Below, in pieces: positions 55,914-64,000 of a stretch of DNA of 64,000 bases (positions are counted from its first letter, which is position 1; every line of letters starts with the position of its first letter). Source of the DNA: Eledone cirrhosa. Its lineage: Eukaryota. The stretch spans positions 322,524,001-322,588,000 of the forward strand of contig OZ024742.1 in NCBI GenBank assembly GCA_964016885.1. Direction: 5' to 3'. A program made the position numbers and the translations under genes. The notes under the pieces are model-generated. The model did not search any database and was not told where the DNA came from. It saw nothing but the letters and a program-made list of their open reading frames with translations.

Positions 55914-56728
55914 TGGGGGCACTTTTTTAATGGTTACGGGGTCGATTATTAAGTGGGTGGGTGTTAGTGTGTCAGTATTTGCGAATGTATCTTTTAAAAG
56001 TAAGATATAAATTAAAGGCTGAGGGGAGGGATTGTGCTGTATATTTTATTAGATGCTTCTTGGATCCCGAATAGCTGGACTCGATGTTTTGTGTTTATGT
56101 ACATCTGTATTTGTGTACAAGATAATTGTTAAGAGTTTTATTAAACTTTACGACACAGTAAATAAACAATTCACGAAGAACCGGTGACAAGAGATCTCGA
56201 AATAAGAAAACGAAAACATCTCGTCTGATTTACCCAATTTGTTTCGTATATACATGTTAAGGTAGAGGGTTCTTATGGTTAAAAGTTAAGGTTCCTTCGT
56301 TGTCTTCTTCGTGTGTTTGGGGAACATGAGAAATGAATTCAGTGAATCAGACGAGATATTTTCATTTTCTTCGAAACCTATTATCAATGATATCCTATTT
56401 ATGTATGTGAGCTTCTGTAGGTCTTAATGCACATATACACACACACATAGACATATAACAGACGACCATGTATAGCAATACACTTAACGTATAAAATAAA
56501 AATACACACAAATGTGTGTGTGTGTGTATATGTATGTATGTATATGTGTGTGTGTATGTATGGATATGTCTGTGTGTGTGTGTATGTATGTATGTATGGA
56601 TATGTGTGTGTGTATATGTATGTGTATGTATGAATGTATGTATATGTATAAATATGAATGTATGTATATGTATAAATATGTATGTATGTATATGTATAAA
56701 TATGTATGTATATATGTATGTATGTGTG

Positions 56729-56761
<33 letters not shown>

Positions 56762-56867
56762 TGAAACGGCTAGAGCTCAGCTGCCGGGGTCCCGAATTTT
56801 TCATACACACGCACACACATGCGCGCGCGCGAACTTTAATTTTTTTTCTTTTAAAAATTGTTTACCT

Positions 56868-57203
56868 TTGATGAAATAAATAAAAATAGTTTGTTTTTTT
56901 TTCGCAATTGGTTGTAGAAATGATACTGCGTTACTATAGAAAATTTGACTTTATCCTGAATGATATTCATTAACAAGATTCATAAGTTATGAAATTTGTT
57001 CAATGATACCTTCCAATATAATCTTCTTAATGAATAATTGTTTCTACTTTTGGCACAAGGCCACCAATTATCCCAGTGCATTACTTGTGCTTTAATATAA
57101 TTCAGGATAAAGTCAGATGTTCTATAGTAACGCAGTATCATTTCTACAACCAATTGCGAAAAAAAACCCCAAAACAACAAACTATTTTTATTTATTTCAT
57201 CAA
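56868..57203. mobile_element. Inverted-repeat (MITE-like) element with about 95-100 bp arms and a SINE 3' end in the spacer
   Basis: 56868-56961 is the reverse complement of 57100-57203 (cgcaattggttgtagaaatgatactgcgttactataga). Confidence 0.85.
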
Positions 57204-57780
57204 CATACACGCACAGTGATATATAAACAAGAACCTTAGATATAAAAATACACACAGCTAGAAACGCGCGTATGCATATAAGATAATACGAAAAACGCCA
57301 CTACCGTGGCGCCTGTTTGAACGCCGACTGTCAGTTTCGTATGACATAAGAGAATGTTGATTTTTGTCTTCAAAAAATGAAGTTTGACTTTGCACCTCTC
57401 ACTCACTCCGATTCTTTTTTTTTCTTTTTTTCCTTTTTTCCTTTTTTTTTTCTAAATCTAAATTATACTTCACACACTTTCATTTTCTATATAATTCTCT
57501 CACTACGCTCTCTATATCATTTCAGTCTCTCTCTCTCTCTCCATTTATATGCCTCGCTCTACATGTGTGTATATAATATATATATACACACACAGGGTGT
57601 CCCAAAAATGTATACACACTTCAACAGTATTCTAATATATATGTGTATACATTTTTGGGGAATACCCTGTGTGTGTGTACACATATATATATATATCTAT
57701 ATAACGAAGGAAATGTGGTAAGGAACCAGGTGCACCATAACGCACCAAAGTACTCAATACTTAGGGTAGTAGAGTGGGTA

Positions 57781-57906
57781 ATAGGAACGAGTGGGACCCC
57801 GACGGCTGAGCTCAAGCCGTTTCGACGGCTAATTCTGGACTAAAAAGTCCAGAATTAGACGTCGAAACGGCTTGAGCTCAGCCGTCGGGGTCCTACTCGT
57901 TCCTAT
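57781..57906. repeat. 61-bp-arm palindrome with 4-nt loop
   Basis: Arms 57781-57841 and 57846-57906 with 2 differences. Confidence 0.97.
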
Positions 57907-58029
57907 ATATATATATAAGAATTAAAATACTCGAGTGTGTTGGAGTTAAACACCCTCTTCATATTATAGAAATGACAGTATAGGATATAGCTCAATGTAA
58001 TTAAACAGAGCCGAAGAATATATATATAT

Positions 58030-58078
58030 AGACACAACGGAAAGGGATGGTTATCCACCATCCCTTTCCGTTGTGTCT
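58030..58078. repeat. Perfect 22-bp-arm hairpin
   Basis: agacacaacggaaagggatggt-tatcc-accatccctttccgttgtgtct. Confidence 0.95.
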
Positions 58079-58479
58079 CCATACATAACATCCAGTGCCA
58101 AAACATTTGTTCATTCACAAATAGACAGAGAGAGCGATGGGAAAGTAGTGGCGGGGGGAAATAGATGGAGAGAGAGCTAGCGTATGTATGGTGCCCTATT
58201 TACTTTATTCGGAGAATATAGTTAGTCTGTTTGCCTACGTATCCTACTTTCATCATACTTCCTATTCTTGTCATCCCATCCGCATTGCTTTTTCTTCTTC
58301 ACTCCTATTTCCTACTTGGGTCATTAAATGTTCGTCGTAGCAGCATCATTCCCTTTGACCTTCTTTACTAATTTTTCTCCTTCCCCGCCTCTCCATTACT
58401 ATGTTTATAAAGTATTTGAGGGAAGGGAGAATTCTTCCAAACTCTGTGAAACACTCTGGGATTTAAACTATCATTTATT

Positions 58480-58702
58480 GGCGGTCCACTTGTTTTAGTA
58501 ATAGTTCTGAATCCAAACCCTGCTCATATCAACTTTGCCATTCATCCCTGTAGGGTCGATAAGATAAAGTACCAGTCAAGTACGGTGGTCGATCTAATCG
58601 ACTTCTCCCTTCCCTCAAAATTCATGACCTTGTACCTAAATTAGAAATCATTAATGCACTGGGATAATTGCTGACCTTGTGCCAAAAGTAGAAACAATTA
58701 TT
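58480..58702 (+). mobile_element. SINE copy followed by a second SINE 3' end
   Basis: aactttgccattcatccctgtagggtcgataagataaagtaccagt core; two ccttgt.cc.aaa.tagaaa ends. Confidence 0.75.
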
Positions 58703-59040
58703 ATTTGTCACTTAAAAAGTTGTTGTGTAGCCCTCGTTAGATAGACTTTACGACCAAAGGCATTCCAAGCTGGACCACCCGTCTTATTTTCAGACAGTCT
58801 GTCTACCATGTTTAAACAAATAAGTTGCAAGGCAGTGGTTCTTAACCTTTTTTGCTACTATGCCCCAAACAAGACAACTAAATTTTTTTTATACATCTCA
58901 ATAGAAAAGCATGCTTGATGTCAAAAAGATATAGCCATTTCGTTACCATTTTCTAATGGAAGACACTGCCTATGATTTTCAAATAATTTTGAAAATAATA
59001 AAAATTGCTATGATTTAGTAATATAAATAACTTCATTATT

Positions 59041-59143
59041 CGCCGAGGTTGACTTTGCCTTTCATCCTTACGGGGTCGATAAAATAAAGTACCAGTAATG
59101 CACTGGGTAATTGCTGGCCTTGTGCCTAAAGTAGAAACAATTA
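59041..59143 (+). mobile_element. Young 5'-truncated SINE inserted in MITE family B
   Basis: cgccgaggttgactttgcctttcatccttacggggtcgat...gtagaaacaattatt; attatt on both sides. Confidence 0.85.
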
Positions 59144-59890
59144 TTAAGTTGTTTAGAACACAACAAAGGTTCTTACATAAAATTGATATAAGAGATTTAG
59201 ATAAATATAAACTCTTTAAAACAATTTTGTATCATAGAACCATGGGTGGTTTCATTTGAGACAAGATGCAATGTATGTAAGATTTGGTTTTGCCTTTTTA
59301 AACCCTTTGAGGTGGATAAAATAAAGTAGCAGTTTAGGGTAATGGATAGACAGAATTGTCAGTGATGAATGAGATACCTTTTAGTATTTGTTCTAGCTCT
59401 TTGCATTTTGAATAAAAATCCAGCTGTAGCCTACATGGATAGTAGATTTAATCTATCACCTATCACTTGGTTTAACATCTCAACCTGGCTCTTGAATACC
59501 TTTAGTGGATGCCACACTGTTGCAAATTTTTAGACCATGTCTCTGGTTTGAGGATACCTTCCTCTCTCCTGCCCACTAGTCTCCAGGAGGAGACCTTGAA
59601 AAGAATCATGGGCATTACCCTTGAGTTCCCGACAAAAGGAAACACTTTAAAAGTTGTGTAGCCTTCTTTAGGTAGACTTATTATTATCCAGGACTACCTG
59701 TCTTGTTTTCAAACAGTGTATCATATTTCTTTTTTCTAAAAAGGATGCAGGGTGTTATTTGTAGGAGATTTGGCTGCTATTTCTAACAGGTTAAGCAATT
59801 TTAAAGAGGCTCTCACATTGGTTCATGTTAGCATCATTGTTGCTATTTAGCCCTAATTCCATATATAACCATCTGATTTTTTTCATGTAT

Positions 59891-61054
59891 AGGAAATGGT
59901 CGTGCTCGGTGTGTAGGAAAGGCGTAGGTAGAAACTCCATTTTATGTCCTAAATGCAAAGTATGGGTGCATAAAAGATGTAGTGGGATCACAGGTAAGCT
60001 AACTAAGAACATAGATTTTACATGTGGCCGGTGTTCTGGTGCAATAAGTAGCAGCAAGTGCCCACAAAATACTAGCTCTTTCAATTGCGCAGAGGGTTCT
60101 ATAGAAATAGTGGACAGCTTCCGTTACCTGGGCGATAAAATCAGCAGTGGGGGAGGGTGCTCTGAAAGTACTGTAGCTAGAGTCAGAACTGGTTGGAAAA
60201 AGTTCAGAGAGCTTATACCACTATTAGCTGCTAAAGGGTTCTCCCTAAAAATGAAAGGCAGGTTGTACGATGCCTGCATACGAACAGCAATGTTGCATGG
60301 TAGTGAGACCTGGGCATTGTGTGCAGAGGATATACGCAGACTAGAGAGGAACGAAGCTTGCATGCTCCGCTGGATGTGTAACAGTAATATACGTGAACGG
60401 CAAAGCATAAACGAACTAAGGAAAAAATTAGAGATAAGAGGGATCAGATGTTGTTTACTCGAGAGAAGGCTGCGTTGGTATGGACACGTGATGCGCATGA
60501 AAGTCGATAGCTGTATAACAAAGTGCAGGGCAATAAAGATGGACGGTAGCCACGGAATAGGCAGACCTAGAAAAACCTGGGATGAGCTGATAAACTCCGA
60601 CCTCACACACTTACACCTCTCCAAGACAATGTCACTGGACCGAGACCTTTGGCGGTACTCAGTAACAGAGAAGACCCGCCTTGCCAGTAGGCATCTCTAA
60701 CAAAATACACCCCGTCCCGCCACCACCCCCACCCCATCCTCACCACCCCGTTCTATGTAAAGTTATGTTGGTGCCGCGCCATCCAGGCCGAAACAAATGA
60801 GATCGTGTAGGTGTCACGACAAAAAAACATAGTCCACGCTGTAATGTGGCCGTGTAGGCAACACGGTAAAAACCTCCCAGACCCACACTGTAAATGTGGT
60901 TGGTGTTAGGAAGGGCATCCAACTGTAGAAAACCTGCCAGACAGTCCTATGCGAGCAAGACAATCACTCTTGCCTCAAGTGGGACTACCCCCGTCCAAAC
61001 CCATGCAAGCGTGGAACACGGACGTTAAACGTTGATGATGATGATGATGATGAT
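59891..61054 (+). mobile_element. RTE LINE family A, 5'-truncated young copy with open C-terminal frame, 3' UTR and (GAT)n tail
   Basis: Open frame KWSCSVCRKGVG...TRLASRHL* to 60700; tail at 61034-61053. Confidence 0.95.
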
Positions 61055-62469
61055 AGTGTACCTGAGACATCTATTGTTTCTCCCTTTCCAAAACAATAGG
61101 GTGTGGTTTAAGAGTGATTTGGCTGTTATTTCTAGCTCCCACCATTGTTGATTAACTCTAGGTCGGCTCTGATCAATCAGATTTATGATCAAAATCATTC
61201 CAACCATGAATATCACCTTTTTTCCCCCAGTGTATTCCCAGACTACATTCCATTTAAGACTAGGATGTGATTTTAAGGAAAGGCTGCTGTTTCTAGCAGA
61301 TCAAGTGACCACAGAGCAAAGCTTTCCAAGCTTTCCAAGTTTTTCACACTGGTGAAACTCCTTTTAAAAATAACATTTTTGTAACAAATTTGTTTTACTC
61401 ATCACATGTCTAATTATAGTTGTCGGATTACAACCAAATACTCATAAAAATTGCTCAGATTTGTTTTAATTTTGTGACACAACTAGTGATTATTGGTGAC
61501 ACACTAAAGATCTGTGACATACAGTTTGGAAACTACTGGTGAAGTTCTTTGGAGGTGGGCAGATGAGGATTGGATGGAAAATCTGAATAAATTTCTCTCA
61601 TTCATTCAGTGAGTCCTGATCATGACTTGTAGGGTGTAATTTGAGGGAGATTAGGCTACAACTTCTAACAGATTATGTGGCTGTGTCAAGGACCATTGGT
61701 GGTGAGAAGATAAGTTGAATGTTCTCTGTGAATAAATTTCTCCTCATTGAAATTCTTTAGCTTCACCTCTCCATTTTACTTACTGCCATCAGCAATGATT
61801 TCATATCTCAGTGAGATAAGGCAGGTAAACAGCACCACTACAGGTGCTGTTTGTCTGCCTTAATTTGCCTCAAGAGCATAAGGAAAGTGGATTTTGCATA
61901 CATGGTTAGCAGGATGTATTTGATAAAAGAACAAGGCACAGTGTGTCCATAGATAGCTCTACATATTCTTTTAATGGTTTTAGTCTCCACAACTGGCAAT
62001 ACTACTTTGATTTAGTCATATTGACCCCAGTCTGGTACTTATTTTATCAATATCTTTATTTGTCAAACCACTATGGGATGGAAATAAACACACACACTCA
62101 TCATCATCGTCATCAAACATCCACTTCCTTTTGCAGTTTCTGCTTACCAAATTCCAATCACAAAGCAATGTCAAACTCAAGGCTATAGTAAACGACACAT
62201 GCCTAAGGTGCCATGCAGCACAACTGAACTCAGAACCACATGATTCCAAAGTGAACTCCTTAACCACACTGTCATGCCTACGGCTATATAAAAGAATTAT
62301 ATCTTTTGGCTGCTATGTGGTATTCTTTTGTTTTGTCTCCAAATTGCCTGAAAACACTCCTGGTTCTACAATACAAATTAGTTTGTCCCAGATATAACAG
62401 CAATTGTTATAATGATGCTGATGAATCGGACATAGACATTACCCAACATAATATCATTTTACATTCATA

Positions 62470-63490
62470 ATAATAGTGGTTCCTTATTTAGGCACAAGGT
62501 CAGTAGTTTCAAGGAGAGGGAAGTCATTAAATCAGCCCAATACTTGACGAACACTTTATTTTGTTGACCCTAGAAGGATGAAAAGCAATGTGGAATTTGA
62601 ACTCAGAACATAAAGAACTGAACAAATACTACAAATTATTTTGTTCAATACTGTCAATCCATCATTCAAATAAGAATCATTGGTTTTGAGGTTCTGCTAC
62701 TATTAATCGTTGTGCCCCAGGCTTTAGGATGGGGCGCATTGCTACTTTTCTCGTGTCGGACTCCTACATGCTGATCTATTGAAACTGTATTGATTTACTG
62801 GAATTTGCCATCGAAAGTTACCATTCTGCGACCTGGACATAAGGCTCAAATTTTTGAATAAAAACCATCTATTACATTTTTTTTCATCATACCTACCATT
62901 CGGCTTTTAAATCACTCCTAAATGATTAGGATTTTTAATTTAGGCACACGGCCAGCAATTTGTAGCGAGGAGAAAGGCAATTTATTTTATTGACCCTGAG
63001 AGGCCCTCCTCAAATTGTAAAAAGTAGAACAAAACATTTGTCTGATGTTAAGGATTCTGCCAACAAACTTCTTTTATTGGCCACTTTGGGGTGAACATTA
63101 ATACAAAATGTGGTTTTATATTGCATAGAGGGAAGCTGGAAATCAACAACGGAAAATAGTAAATATAACAATAATGGAAATAATAATAATGGTTTCTGAT
63201 TTAGTTGGGGAGGAGAAAGTTGATTAGATCAATCACAGTGCATTACTGGTATTTTATTTTATCGACCCCGTGAGGATGAAAGGCAAAGTTAACCTCAGTG
63301 GGATTTAAACTCAGAATGCAAAGGGCTGTAAATATATGTCGCAGAGCATGCTGTCCAATGCTCTAATTATAATAATAATAATAATTGTTTCTACTTTAGG
63401 CACAAGGCCAGCAATTACCCAGTACATTACTGGTATTTTATTTTATCGACCCCGTAAGGATGAAAGGCAAAGTTAACCTCGGCGGGATAA
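62470..63490 (-). mobile_element. Several SINE copies (about 62470-62660, 62930-63060, 63185-63365, 63370-63486)
   Basis: Same core and tail motifs as 25320-26540 and 59041-59143. Confidence 0.8.
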
Positions 63491-64000
63491 TAAATAGTAA
63501 TAATATCAATGTCAAAAATAATAATCATATTTATGTTAGTACAGAAACAACAATGTTTAATATTTTGAAATTTCCAGTAAAAAATAATTTTAAAATATGA
63601 AACAAGAATTAAAATTAGTTGAGATTTTGTAATGACCTAATTCATGCTCACAAAGACACGGTTAAAATTATAATTGTCTCAAAATCCTTGTGTCCTTGTA
63701 ATAGTAGTGGTGGTTACACCACCACTACTGCTGCTAATACTACAAGAGGAGTAGAGAGTGGTTGGGTATAGGTACCCTCCAGGCCTCTTAATACTCTTTA
63801 GAGCTGGATTAAGACAGCTGAACACTTTTATTCTAAACTGTTGATGTGTGTTTGTATACATGCGTGCATACACACTTACACTTAATATATACATGTGTTG
63901 CTGTTCGTGCATTTATTAGCTTAGTTTAGATTTGAGTGTTTCAGTTTTAACCACCTCCATCACCACCACCAGGATCATCACCTTTACTACTGCCCCATAC

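Overview
AT-rich eukaryotic genomic DNA that is almost entirely repeats. The repeat content (tRNA-derived SINEs with ATT/GAT tails, RTE LINEs, very long TA/TATG microsatellites) is most consistent with an octopus/cephalopod genome; this is inference. Bases 1-22.3 kb are a nest of transposons inserted in TA-type microsatellites. It holds several RTE LINE copies from two families whose reverse transcriptase carries an internal C4HC3 PHD-type finger, a BovB-like RTE ending in C2H2 fingers, a short non-autonomous RTE derivative with a partial HDV-like ribozyme fold, Penelope-like remnants with hammerhead ribozyme motifs, and an intact Hsmar2-like mariner. Further on are a Helitron helicase relic split by a Chapaev3-type transposon, two mariner relics, a CR1 fragment, many SINEs and MITEs, several near-perfect hairpins, and a long-TIR element carrying an unexplained GC-rich cargo. 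No host gene is firmly identifiable; one candidate first coding exon lies at about 53.65 kb. Most long ORFs in the supplied track are microsatellite artefacts. Family names come from motif recognition only; no searches were run.
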